Shown: in pieces, positions 24,767 through 31,798 of the stretch
How the letters are laid out: each line of letters begins with the position of its first letter
Numbering within the stretch: the stretch's first letter is position 1
IMG/VR virus record: IMGVR_UViG_3300012041_000016
Coordinates: 1 to 42,749 of that record
Length of the DNA stretch: 42,749 bases
Strand: one strand, 5' to 3'
From: a virus
The notes under the pieces: model-generated
What the model saw: only the letters and a program-made list of their open reading frames with translations
What the model was told of the DNA's origin: nothing
The model's database searches: none
Position numbers and translations under genes: made by a program

Positions 24767-25425
24767 TCGTAGTCGCCCTCGCGCTCTAGATTCTTGCGAC
24801 AAGGCGGAATCCACTGGAACTCAGTCTGGCCCCGCCACCCCTGCATCCAGACAAGCCAGCAATACGCCGTCGCCGTAGTAGCTTTGTTACTCAGGCGCCC
24901 CTTGACCATTGGGACGCGCTCGGCAAACTGAGCAATTATGGTCGGGGGGCGGACGCGGAATAGCCCATAGTAGCGCCCGACGCTTTCAAGGAAAGCGATG
25001 CGAACAAGTAGAGCAACACCTTTTCTGGCACGCCCTAACGCGGCGAACGCGAACTCCAATCCCAATCGAAATGGTGGGTTGGTGATTACCCAATCGAAGC
25101 CAAGCGGGCTGGGCATCAGAAAGTCCACGACATCGCCGTGGCCATACAGGTGCACGTCGCTCGAATATACTTCAGTGAAGTATTCAGCCAATGGCCGCGC
25201 CATATGCCCCTCGCCGCAAGCTGGCTCCCACACACTAAGAGACGACAAGCTATCTCCGCCCCCCAAGACGCGCTCGCAAAGCGCCCGCGTTGCCCATGGC
25301 GGCGTCGGAAAGAAATCAAGCGAATCGTGTGGCTCGACACGGCGCTGCATGACTGCTGTCGAGGTGTTCTGCGTCATGCAATACTCGCTCTTTGCAGGTG
25401 CGGTAGAATGCAAAGCTGTAGACAC
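24763..25425 (-). CDS. Orphan SAM-dependent DNA methyltransferase (N6-adenine type, NPPF motif)
   Basis: 220 aa. 'DFFPTPPW', motif I 'VWEPACGEGHM', motif IV 'VITNPPF'. No cognate nuclease nearby. The start is uncertain (GTG 25425 or ATG 25377). Confidence 0.75.
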   Translation of the reverse strand: MSTALHSTAPAKSEYCMTQNTSTAVMQRRVEPHDSLDFFPTPPWATRALCERVLGGGDSLSSLSVWEPACGEGHMARPLAEYFTEVYSSDVHLYGHGDVVDFLMPSPLGFDWVITNPPFRLGLEFAFAALGRARKGVALLVRIAFLESVGRYYGLFRVRPPTIIAQFAERVPMVKGRLSNKATTATAYCWLVWMQGWRGQTEFQWIPPCRKNLEREGDYE

Positions 25426-25426
25426 C

Positions 25427-25804
25427 TCACGCCGCCCTCTTCAGTGGCGAAGATGCCGAAGTGATAATCACCTCAACGCCCTCGAATGGCTCTTGAGCTA
25501 GAGCTATGTTAACGCCCTTGACCCACTCGGTCGTGTCGCCGGGAATGACGAGGTGCTGGACTAGCAAATCCTCAAGCGCCTTGACGCGGTTTGAGACGTC
25601 TGACCCCGCCCTGAGCTTGCCGATCAGAATTGTGAGATAGACGGGCTCTTTCCAAGCCTGCGGACGCTGTTGCAGTAAGTCCCACCCTGCGGCTTGCAGC
25701 CATGTTCTATAGCGGGCCGTCTTCACCCTGCCCTTGCCTCTGACATTGGCGTAGAGCGAGTTAGTACTCGGCGGGACGTGCAGGAGCTTGATGATCGACT
25801 TCAT
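25427..25804 (-). CDS. rusA: RusA-family Holliday junction resolvase
   Basis: 125 aa. 'PPSTNSLYANVRGKGRVKTARYRTW...DVSNRVKALEDLLVQHLVIPGD' matches the RusA pattern. Confidence 0.75.
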   Translation of the reverse strand: MKSIIKLLHVPPSTNSLYANVRGKGRVKTARYRTWLQAAGWDLLQQRPQAWKEPVYLTILIGKLRAGSDVSNRVKALEDLLVQHLVIPGDTTEWVKGVNIALAQEPFEGVEVIITSASSPLKRAA

Positions 25805-25817
25805 TTTATTTTCTGAA

Positions 25818-25835
25818 CTGTTCCGTATTGAACAG
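25818..25835. promoter_or_regulatory. Perfect palindrome CTGTTC-N6-GAACAG just upstream of rusA
   Basis: Seen at 25818-25835, inside an unusually long (161-nt) non-coding gap that also contains TATATAAT (about 25853-25860) and GC-rich hairpins. Confidence 0.35.
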
Positions 25836-25965
25836 AGCCCGTGGAACTTCCGGTATATAATCCGTGTTCTGACGTTGCCGCAGCGCGCGCCCGATAGCCC
25901 TTACCCCCTCGACAGGGGTCGGGGCCGCAAGTGCTGTGCGGGGGGGTAAAAATCATCGCAGCTTA

Positions 25966-26346
25966 TCAGCCGCTACGAGCAGTCTTCGGATGACCTTCGC
26001 CAAGACCCGGCGCATGATAATCTTCATGCTCCGTTTCATGAGCGAGTAAGTTGTATCGAGCCTTGAGTTGGCTGAACTCTCTATCAATCTCGTGTTCATT
26101 GCGTCTGACCGCGTCTCTGATTATGTCCACCACGTCCCCCGGTGGTCTTAGGGATTCGCGATACCACAGCCTTCGGATTTGGCCGAAGCTAAGCTGCGTC
26201 TTCTTTGCTACTCTGCGGATGCAGGATTTGACACTTTCGCCGGGCTCGCTTGGCCTGGCGAGAAGGTGAACCTTGTCCTGCATTTCGGTTCGTAGTTTTT
26301 CAATCGCGGGCATGATGCCCCGCATCTCGGATGAATGATCCGACAT
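25966..26346 (-). CDS. Hypothetical early protein
   Basis: Start taken at ATG 26346 (GGAG SD, 8-nt spacing). In-frame alternatives at 26379 and 26451 lack an SD. 'MSDHSSEMRGIMPAIEKLRTEMQDKVHLL...'. Confidence 0.55.
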   Translation of the reverse strand: MSDHSSEMRGIMPAIEKLRTEMQDKVHLLARPSEPGESVKSCIRRVAKKTQLSFGQIRRLWYRESLRPPGDVVDIIRDAVRRNEHEIDREFSQLKARYNLLAHETEHEDYHAPGLGEGHPKTARSG

Positions 26347-26503
26347 CTGACGCACTCCAACGGCTACATTCTCGGCCATGGAGACGCACAGAAGAGGCAA
26401 AGCCTCCAAAAACCAGGATGGTAACAGCGCGCTGGGGTCGTGGAAAAGCATCGGCGCGCTGGCGGAAGAGATTGCGAATCGCTGCTGCCCCGCAGCGGAG
26501 CAA

Positions 26504-26546
26504 GGCGCCCGGAAGAACGTTCCGCGTAAAGAGAAAGCCGGGCGCC
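26504..26546 (-). other. Stem-loop (9-bp perfect GC-rich stem, 25-nt loop) immediately after the small TM gene
   Basis: GGCGCCCGG (26504-26512) pairs with CCGGGCGCC (26538-26546). The loop contains the palindrome GAACGTTC. A second 6-bp hairpin lies at 26480-26497. No U-tract follows. Confidence 0.4.
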
Positions 26547-26549
26547 AAT

Positions 26550-26699
26550 TTATTCCCCGCCTTGTATGGGTTGGTCGGGCTGATAGCGTGGCGGCTCAGG
26601 CTCGGCGACTCTAGTGTCATGACGCGCCATAGCGAGCGCGGTGATACCGATGGCCAGCACAAGGCCAATGAGTATCAATGCATGTTCAATGCCCATCAT
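26550..26699 (-). CDS. Small transmembrane protein (49 aa)
   Basis: Start at ATG 26699, just downstream of the terminator. 'MMGIEHALILIGLVLAIGITALAMARHD...'. The longer ORF-track version (to 26792) would run through the terminator hairpin. Confidence 0.5.
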   Translation of the reverse strand: MMGIEHALILIGLVLAIGITALAMARHDTRVAEPEPPRYQPDQPIQGGE

Positions 26700-26708
26700 G
26701 CCCTCGCT

Positions 26709-26742
26709 AAATAAGAAAAAGCCGAGAGCCGAAGCCCTCGGC
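26709..26742 (-). terminator. Rho-independent terminator downstream of the Cro-like gene
   Basis: The minus strand reads GCCGAGGGC-TTCG-GCTCTCGGC (9-bp stem with one G-U pair and a UUCG tetraloop), followed by TTTTTCTTATTT. Confidence 0.75.
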
Positions 26743-26797
26743 CAAGTTTCGCCATGCGATGACCAGGGAGGTGCTGATCGCTTGGCGCGCATAAGGT

Positions 26798-26829
26798 GGC
26801 CCCGACAGGAAACGGGATATGTCGGGGCC
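26798..26829 (-). other. 10-bp perfect GC-rich stem-loop in the Cro-like gene 3' region
   Basis: GGCCCCGACA (26798-26807) pairs with TGTCGGGGCC (26820-26829), with a 12-nt loop. It lies about 55 nt after the Cro-like stop and about 55 nt before the terminator. Confidence 0.5.
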
Positions 26830-26883
26830 GCGCTCGAAGGTGAGGAATGGGGGAGACGCCAACTCCGAGCGTTTCTGAAACTG

Positions 26884-27090
26884 TCATGCGACGCCCTCGC
26901 GATATGAGAGGATGTCGCCGTGGGTAATTCCGGTTACTTCCTTGATACGGATCATCGAGTGATAAGAAGGCCATCGCTCGCCCGCTTCCCATCGCGAAAC
27001 TGCGGCACAACTAACACCGAGTTGGTCGGCCAGATCGGTCTTGCTGATCTGCCTACTCTCTCGGAAAGCCGTCAGTGGGTGAGTTTGCAT
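26884..27090 (-). CDS. Cro-like XRE-family HTH regulator (first gene of the replication/late-direction operon)
   Basis: 68 aa from ATG 27090. 'MQTHPLTAFRESRQISKTDLADQLGVSCAAVSRWEAGERWPS'. No SD, and the promoter -10 ends 7 nt upstream, so the transcript may be leaderless. Confidence 0.7.
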   Translation of the reverse strand: MQTHPLTAFRESRQISKTDLADQLGVSCAAVSRWEAGERWPSYHSMIRIKEVTGITHGDILSYREGVA

Positions 27091-27097
27091 GAATACC

Positions 27098-27126
27098 TTG
27101 TTACCAACACGGCAACAGGCCGTCAA
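27098..27126 (-). promoter_or_regulatory. Putative PR-like promoter (TTGACG-N17-TAACAA, minus strand)
   Basis: The reverse complement reads gggcTTGACGgcctgttgccgtgttggTAACAAggtattcATG. Operator 27100-27116 occupies the spacer and -10. Confidence 0.55.
27100..27116. promoter_or_regulatory. Operator (GTTACC-N5-GGCAAC)
   Basis: One of four copies of the imperfect palindrome GTTRCC-N5-GGYAAC. Confidence 0.6.
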
Positions 27127-27134
27127 GCCCTTTT

Positions 27135-27152
27135 GTTACCAATCCGGTCAAC
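27135..27152. promoter_or_regulatory. Operator (GTTACC-N5-GGTCAAC, one extra base)
   Basis: Starts 35 bp from the 27100 copy. Related sequence gttaccaatccggtcaac. Confidence 0.5.
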
Positions 27153-27160
27153 GACTCAAG

Positions 27161-27505
27161 ATGCTGGGGTTCCTACACTCCGGCATGGTCACCAAGATCG
27201 GCGGAAAGCGCAGGCAACACCTCTACATCACGCAATGGCGCGAGGGTAAGGGCTTGTCTGTTGAGAAGGTCGCGGACCGGGTTGGCGTCAGTCGGGAATC
27301 AGTATGGCGCTGGGAAAATCAGCAACACCGGCTTAATCCAGGCAAAATCAAAGCGTTAGCCGACGCGATCGGCTGCAATCCCGAGGATTTCTGGCGACTA
27401 CCAGCGCGCCCTAGCCTTGATGCCATGGTCAAGGACCTGGACGACGACACCTACGAGCTAACTGTCGATCTTGTCCGACGCGCCGCTCGGAAAAAAGCGG
27501 TCTAA
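27161..27505 (+). CDS. CI-like XRE-family HTH repressor candidate (no peptidase S24 domain)
   Basis: '...QWREGKGLSVEKVADRVGVSRESVWRWENQQHRLNPGKIKALADAIGCNPEDFW' plus a helical tail of about 45 aa. The start is ambiguous: in-frame ATGs at 27089, 27161 and 27185, none with an SD. The 27185 start sits 6 nt after a TACACT -10-like hexamer, so that transcript may be leaderless. Confidence 0.65.
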   Translation: MLGFLHSGMVTKIGGKRRQHLYITQWREGKGLSVEKVADRVGVSRESVWRWENQQHRLNPGKIKALADAIGCNPEDFWRLPARPSLDAMVKDLDDDTYELTVDLVRRAARKKAV

Positions 27506-27524
27506 TTCAAACATTTGTGAGATT

Positions 27525-27541
27525 GTTGCCTATCCGGTAAC
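27525..27541. promoter_or_regulatory. Operator (GTTGCC-N5-GGTAAC)
   Basis: gttgcctatccggtaac, the same palindrome family as 27100-27116. Confidence 0.6.
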
Positions 27542-27559
27542 GATTGTGCTTGCGTTGTT

Positions 27560-27576
27560 GTTGCCGATTTGGTAAC
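27560..27576. promoter_or_regulatory. Operator (GTTGCC-N5-GGTAAC)
   Basis: gttgccgatttggtaac, 35 bp from the 27525 copy. This is the same spacing as the other operator pair. Confidence 0.6.
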
Positions 27577-27606
27577 GTCCCTGTCATCAACACAGGGGCA
27601 AAGCAA

Positions 27607-27780
27607 ATGACACGGCCAAGTATAGACAATCGCCTCGACGCGCGGGCTGAATTCCTGGCGGAGAAGTTCGGACTATCGCTGCAACTCACAACGATATGGG
27701 TCAAGGAAAATCCAGAAAAGGCGCGGCGCCCGATGCTGCCAAGCGCCGTCAACGAACTGAAAGTGTGGGCGAAAACATGA
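27607..27780 (+). CDS. Small early protein (57 aa)
   Basis: Start at the internal ATG 27607, downstream of the operator/promoter region. 'MTRPSIDNRLDARAEFLAEKFGLSLQLTTIWVKENPEKARRP...'. Confidence 0.5.
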   Translation: MTRPSIDNRLDARAEFLAEKFGLSLQLTTIWVKENPEKARRPMLPSAVNELKVWAKT

Positions 27781-27875
27781 TCCGCGACCACCTCAAAACA
27801 CTAGGAGCAACGCTTTTCGCTTGGGCGGTCATCTGGGGCTGGTTGGCCCTGTTCGTTAGGGAGATACCGCAATGA
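27777..27875 (+). CDS. Possible 32-aa transmembrane peptide
   Basis: MIRDHLKTLGATLFAWAVIWGWLALFVREIPQ. ATGA overlaps at both ends (27777-27780 and 27872-27875). Confidence 0.4.
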   Translation: MIRDHLKTLGATLFAWAVIWGWLALFVREIPQ

Positions 27876-28234
27876 AGTACATCATCAAATGCAAGGACTG
27901 TGTTTACGGCTGCGACTCCATGGAGGACGTAGCTCGGCTTATCAATGTGGAGTGGGACGATTTCATCTATTGCTACGAAATGGAATACGCCGACGTCGCG
28001 CCGAACTGCGGGCGCTTCTGGGACATCACCGAGAAAGCCTGCCTGTCTTGGATCGAGTTTTACTCCGGCGAGGCGGAATATGCCTTCGGTGAACTGAGCG
28101 TTCCGCTGCAAGTCAAGTTCCACTGCCCCGATGATATAGACGAAATTGAAAGCGAAATTAGGGCGGAAGGCGATTGGTTGCGTGAAGCTGTTCGCGATTA
28201 TCGCAGTTCAACCGGCATCGTTTTCAACAGGTGA
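27872..28234 (+). CDS. Acidic Cys-containing early protein, unknown function
   Basis: 120 aa, lower GC than its surroundings, many Asp/Glu. 'CKDCVYGCDS' near the N-terminus. Confidence 0.6.
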   Translation: MKYIIKCKDCVYGCDSMEDVARLINVEWDDFIYCYEMEYADVAPNCGRFWDITEKACLSWIEFYSGEAEYAFGELSVPLQVKFHCPDDIDEIESEIRAEGDWLREAVRDYRSSTGIVFNR

Positions 28235-28238
28235 TGTG

Positions 28239-28457
28239 ATGGCAAAGAAGCAAGAGAAACTTACGTCCCCAGGTAGGGCATTCCGAACAATCGAAGCCTA
28301 CATGGAACGCGTCGGCCTTCTTCTCATGGTTTCGCATCAAGCGGCATCGTGGATGGAAGGCAAGTTGGACCCGCAGAAGATATGCGAAGTCATGGGGCCG
28401 GAACTGCGAAGGGCCGTGGAGCATGTTCGCGCACTATATGACGAGGACGAGCAATGA
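28239..28457 (+). CDS. Small early protein (72 aa)
   Basis: ATG at 28239 after AGGTGA. 'MAKKQEKLTSPGRAFRTIEAYMERVGLLLMVSHQ...'. Confidence 0.55.
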   Translation: MAKKQEKLTSPGRAFRTIEAYMERVGLLLMVSHQAASWMEGKLDPQKICEVMGPELRRAVEHVRALYDEDEQ

Positions 28458-28687
28458 CAAAGCATTACACATTCTCCGAGATGGCAGACGCCATGAAAAG
28501 CTCAACAGGTGATACGATGGGCCGCCATATAACAATCACGTTCGCCATAGCCGAGACAGATGGCCCGCGCGACCGTCGCTATCAGGCGACGTTCAATGAC
28601 TTTGACCTCGATTGCCCGATTGGCTGGGGTGAGACAGAAGCCGAAGCGATAGAAGACTTACTCGTAATGCATGGATTGCCGAAATGA
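28454..28687 (+). CDS. Small early protein with a HicB/UPF0150-like C-terminal motif
   Basis: 77 aa, 'GWGETEAEAIEDLLVMHG'. ATGA overlaps at both ends. Confidence 0.5.
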   Translation: MTKHYTFSEMADAMKSSTGDTMGRHITITFAIAETDGPRDRRYQATFNDFDLDCPIGWGETEAEAIEDLLVMHGLPK

Positions 28688-29385
28688 AAACCTCAGAGAA
28701 CATCAACGAGCTTGCGGGCGCCCTTGCCAAGGCCCGCGCTGAAATCAAAAACCCCGTCAAGAACAAGACAGTCAGGGTCACACCGCGTGAGGGTAAGGCG
28801 TATTCATACTCCTACGCTGAATTGCCATCGGTGCTAGATGCCATCACCGGACCGCTGGCCAATAATGGGCTGGTTATTGTTGAAACCATTTCCCGCGAGG
28901 AAAATCACTTAATACTGCACACCCGTCTTGTTCATTCGTCGGGCCAGTGGATTGAGGGCGCTTATCCCATTTTCTGCGACATGACCAAGCCGCAAGTGAT
29001 CGGCGGGGCGCTGACATATGCGCGGCGGTATGCAACATCAGCCATCATCAATATTGCCAGCGACGAAGACGACGACGCCAGCACAACGCACGGCGAAGAT
29101 TATAGCATCGCCCCAAAGAATGGCAACGGACAGAAACCGTTCCCGAACGGGAACCCGGATGTCAAATACACCAAGACGACAGCCACCACGCCCCGGGCTG
29201 CGATGGCGACCGATAACAACGCCTTCTATGTGAAGCTCCAGAAGGAGATTGACGAACTCAAGACGAAGGATGAGGGCCGCGCGTGGAAGGCCATGCGGGA
29301 ACTCGACCTGCAAGAGCGCGTCTCGCCAGAGGCCATGCTGCACCTCTCTGAGCGCTATGAGACACAGATGGCGGCGCTACCATGA
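28684..29385 (+). CDS. erf: ERF-family single-strand annealing protein
   Basis: 233 aa. 'YSYSYAELPSVLDAITGPLANNGLVI...LVHSSGQWIEG...IGGALTYARRYATSAIINIASDEDDD' matches the ERF pattern. Confidence 0.8.
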   Translation: MKTSENINELAGALAKARAEIKNPVKNKTVRVTPREGKAYSYSYAELPSVLDAITGPLANNGLVIVETISREENHLILHTRLVHSSGQWIEGAYPIFCDMTKPQVIGGALTYARRYATSAIINIASDEDDDASTTHGEDYSIAPKNGNGQKPFPNGNPDVKYTKTTATTPRAAMATDNNAFYVKLQKEIDELKTKDEGRAWKAMRELDLQERVSPEAMLHLSERYETQMAALP

Positions 29386-29708
29386 GCAACGAACTCGTCA
29401 GCGATTCCGATGTCAGCAAGGCGCTTGACTATCTCAGAGACAGCGCTGTCCCACTGGGGAAAATTACGGAGCGAGCCACGTTCGCTTCCAGTTATACGAA
29501 GCACGTCAAAGCGCTTGAAATGAAAAGATTTGACGGATCGGCGGCGGCGCAGGAGCGAGAAGCACTGGCGGGCGAACGATACCTCGAATCCATCAAGGAT
29601 GAAGCCGAAGCGGTCGGGGAAGTAGCAACGGCCCGCGCTTATCGTGAGGCTGCAATGGCCAAGATCGACGTGTGGCGTACCCAGTCACGGAACATGAGGG
29701 AGCGGTGA
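29382..29708 (+). CDS. Hypothetical recombination-module protein
   Basis: 108-aa helical ORF coupled to erf (ATGA). Confidence 0.55.
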   Translation: MSNELVSDSDVSKALDYLRDSAVPLGKITERATFASSYTKHVKALEMKRFDGSAAAQEREALAGERYLESIKDEAEAVGEVATARAYREAAMAKIDVWRTQSRNMRER

Positions 29709-30034
29709 TGCGCAGCGTCCGTGCGGAGTTCCCGAAGAGTGTAAAGGAGAAAGCCTATGAACGAGCAAAAGGCAAGTGTGAACATTGTAGCCAGGGATTC
29801 GATGGAAGGAACCCTCACTACGATCACCATCCTATCGCCGCGTCCCTTGGGGGGCCGGGAAATTTGGCGAATTGCAGAGTGCTGTGCGTCAAATGCCACC
29901 GTGCCATCACAGCAAGTATTGATCAGCCTCGGATCGCCAAGTCAAAGCGAATAGAAGAAAAGCGCAAAGGCATCCGTCGATCAAAGTACCAGTGGCGTTC
30001 GCGTCCAATGCAAACCAATAGGAGCGACCAATGA
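29708..30034 (+). CDS. Small HNH nuclease
   Basis: ATG at 29708 overlapping the upstream stop. 'CEHCSQGFDGRNPHYDHHPIAASLGGPGNLANCRVLCVKCHRAIT' (Cys4 plus HNH core). Confidence 0.75.
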   Translation: MRSVRAEFPKSVKEKAYERAKGKCEHCSQGFDGRNPHYDHHPIAASLGGPGNLANCRVLCVKCHRAITASIDQPRIAKSKRIEEKRKGIRRSKYQWRSRPMQTNRSDQ

Positions 30035-30300
30035 ACATGAGCGATCTTATCACCCGCGTTGCCGATTTTGTCGATGAAGACGCTATCCAGACCAAGGCGG
30101 AACTAACAGCCGCCAAACGTCGCCGTGCCGGAACAATCGAGGCGTTCCGCACCTTCCGCGCCCAGCTCGACATATTCGAGGGCCGGATTCTGGAGGACTA
30201 CGACGCAACGATTAGCGAGAATGAAAAGCGCCTTGCCAGGATCGAAGCGGCGCCTGAGGCAGAGCCCGGCAATGTCGTCCAGATGGCGGCAGCGGAGTAG
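30031..30300 (+). CDS. Hypothetical coiled-coil protein
   Basis: 89-aa ORF coupled to the upstream gene. Confidence 0.55.
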   Translation: MNMSDLITRVADFVDEDAIQTKAELTAAKRRRAGTIEAFRTFRAQLDIFEGRILEDYDATISENEKRLARIEAAPEAEPGNVVQMAAAE

Positions 30301-30307
30301 CAGCCTG

Positions 30308-30517
30308 ATGGCGAAGAAGACGTGGAAAGCGTGGGGCGGGTTTTGCGATGACACCCTCCACATTGAGCGGATTGACGACGCCTATGGTGAATTGGGCGGC
30401 TATCGTGACACCCCGGCTGTGTTCACAAATCTACGCGAGGCCCGGCAGCGATTCCGAGACGTCCGACCGATTCTCATCACCATCGCCCCCAAGGCCAAGC
30501 AAAGGGGGAAGACGTAG
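30308..30517 (+). CDS. Small hypothetical protein (69 aa)
   Basis: Internal ATG 30308. 'MAKKTWKAWGGFCDDTLHIERIDDAYGELGGYRDTPAVF...'. Confidence 0.5.
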   Translation: MAKKTWKAWGGFCDDTLHIERIDDAYGELGGYRDTPAVFTNLREARQRFRDVRPILITIAPKAKQRGKT

Positions 30518-30530
30518 ATGTGTCCCCCCA

Positions 30531-30752
30531 ATGCCTGAAATCTCATGGACGCCAAGAGGAATGAGCCGAGACGAAGCGGCCCGTTACATCGGTATAGGCG
30601 TCACCTTGTTTGACGAGATGGTGCGGGATGGCCGGATGCCGGGGCCTAAGATTATCAACTCCCGCAAGGTCTGGGATCGGCTGGACCTTGACGCGGCTTT
30701 CCGGGAGCTTCCCTATAGCGCCCCAGCGCGTCCAAGAGTGTTCGCGCTATGA
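30531..30752 (+). CDS. xis: Excisionase / AlpA-like HTH protein
   Basis: 'MSRDEAARYIGIGVTLFDEMVRDGRMPGPKIINSRKVWDRLDLDAAF' is typical of the excisionase family. It lies directly upstream of int and is coupled to it (ATGA). The start is uncertain (30531 or 30561). Confidence 0.65.
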   Translation: MPEISWTPRGMSRDEAARYIGIGVTLFDEMVRDGRMPGPKIINSRKVWDRLDLDAAFRELPYSAPARPRVFAL

Positions 30753-31798
30753 GGGAGGCGAACATGGTCCGTGTGGAATTTCGCTATCTGATAGCCGACA
30801 TCGACGTTAATGGGAATGTTCGCCGCTATGTCCGCAAGCCAGGGTGTAAAAAAGTTAGACTTAGGGAGAAATTCAACTCTCCTGAGTTCGTGCAGGAATA
30901 CCTCGCTGCAATGGCCGGCGCAATTAAGGCGCAGCCGCGCCCCTTATCTGGCAAAGCCGACGAAAACAGCCTGCAATGGCTAGTCAACCGCTACTACGGC
31001 AGCACCACATTTCGGGAGCTTGGCGATGAAACCCAAAAGGTCAGACGACGAATCCTCGATAAAATTTGCGACCGCAACGGTTCAATGGACTATCGAGACA
31101 TTACAGGGGGGCACGTTCGTCTCGCTATGGATGCCCTACGGGCCGCTCCGGAAGCAGCGAACGGCTATCTTAAGACACTTAGAGGATTATTTCGGTTCGC
31201 CTGTGAAAGAGAACTGGTCCCGTCCGACCCGTCAGCCGGGATCAAAAAGGTCCGCCACAAGACGGACGGCCACCACACCTGGGCGATAGAAGAGGTCAAG
31301 CAATATGAAGCAAGACACCCGGTCGGAACAAAAGCCAGATTGGCGCTCGCCCTGCTTCTTTACACGGGCCAAAGACGCGGCGACGTGGTGCGGATGGGGC
31401 GTCAGCACGTCGAACACGGTCTTTTGCGCGTCGTGCAGGGAAAGACCAGAGAAGCGCTCCAGTTGCCCGTGCTCCCAATATTGGTGGACATACTCGCCGC
31501 CTCCCCCGTGGGAGACCTAACCTATCTCGTTACCCAATGGGGCAAGCCATTCACGGCAGCCGGATTCGGGGGGAAATTCAGGGAATGGTGCGATCAGGCA
31601 GGCTTAAAGCACTGCACAGCCCACGGGCTTAGGAAAGCAGGGGCGACCATCGCAGCCGAAAACGGCGCGACCGATCGAGAATTGATGGCGATGTTTGGAT
31701 GGCGCACCGCTGCGCAAGTCACTGTTTACACGCGGAAAACGGAAAACAAACGGCTGGCGGCGAGCGGAATGCCGCTGCTTACGATGGAGAGGAAATGA
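30749..31798 (+). CDS. int: Tyrosine integrase
   Basis: 349 aa. 'LLYTGQRRGDVV' (Arg), 'AHGLRKAGAT' (HxxR), 'VTVYTRK' (Tyr). Confidence 0.9.
   Translation: MREANMVRVEFRYLIADIDVNGNVRRYVRKPGCKKVRLREKFNSPEFVQEYLAAMAGAIKAQPRPLSGKADENSLQWLVNRYYGSTTFRELGDETQKVRRRILDKICDRNGSMDYRDITGGHVRLAMDALRAAPEAANGYLKTLRGLFRFACERELVPSDPSAGIKKVRHKTDGHHTWAIEEVKQYEARHPVGTKARLALALLLYTGQRRGDVVRMGRQHVEHGLLRVVQGKTREALQLPVLPILVDILAASPVGDLTYLVTQWGKPFTAAGFGGKFREWCDQAGLKHCTAHGLRKAGATIAAENGATDRELMAMFGWRTAAQVTVYTRKTENKRLAASGMPLLTMERK

Larger units (their letters stand above)
27514..27578 (+). promoter_or_regulatory. Putative tandem PL-like promoters (TTGTGA-N17-TAACGA and TTGCGT-N17-TAACGT)
   Basis: First promoter: -35 at 27514-27519 and -10 at 27537-27542. 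Second promoter: -35 at 27550-27555 and -10 at 27573-27578. Each spacer/-10 is occupied by an operator copy. Confidence 0.5.

Noticed and set aside
25818-25835. The palindrome as a LexA/SOS box
   Set aside because: It matches neither the alphaproteobacterial direct-repeat box GTTC-N7-GTTC nor the gammaproteobacterial CTGT-N8-ACAG. Here the spacing is CTGT-N10-ACAG / GTTC-N6-GAAC.
26550-26792. The 80-aa version of the small membrane protein
   Set aside because: Its first 31 codons would be translated through the terminator hairpin and U-tract. The internal ATG at 26699, immediately after the terminator and preceded by GAGGG, gives a clean 49-aa TM protein.
27481-27512. A weak hairpin (GCCGCT-N8-AGCGGT) at the end of the CI-like gene as a terminator
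   Set aside because: The stem is only 5-6 bp including a G-T pair, it spans the stop codon, and it has no convincing U-tract. It is not strong enough to call.
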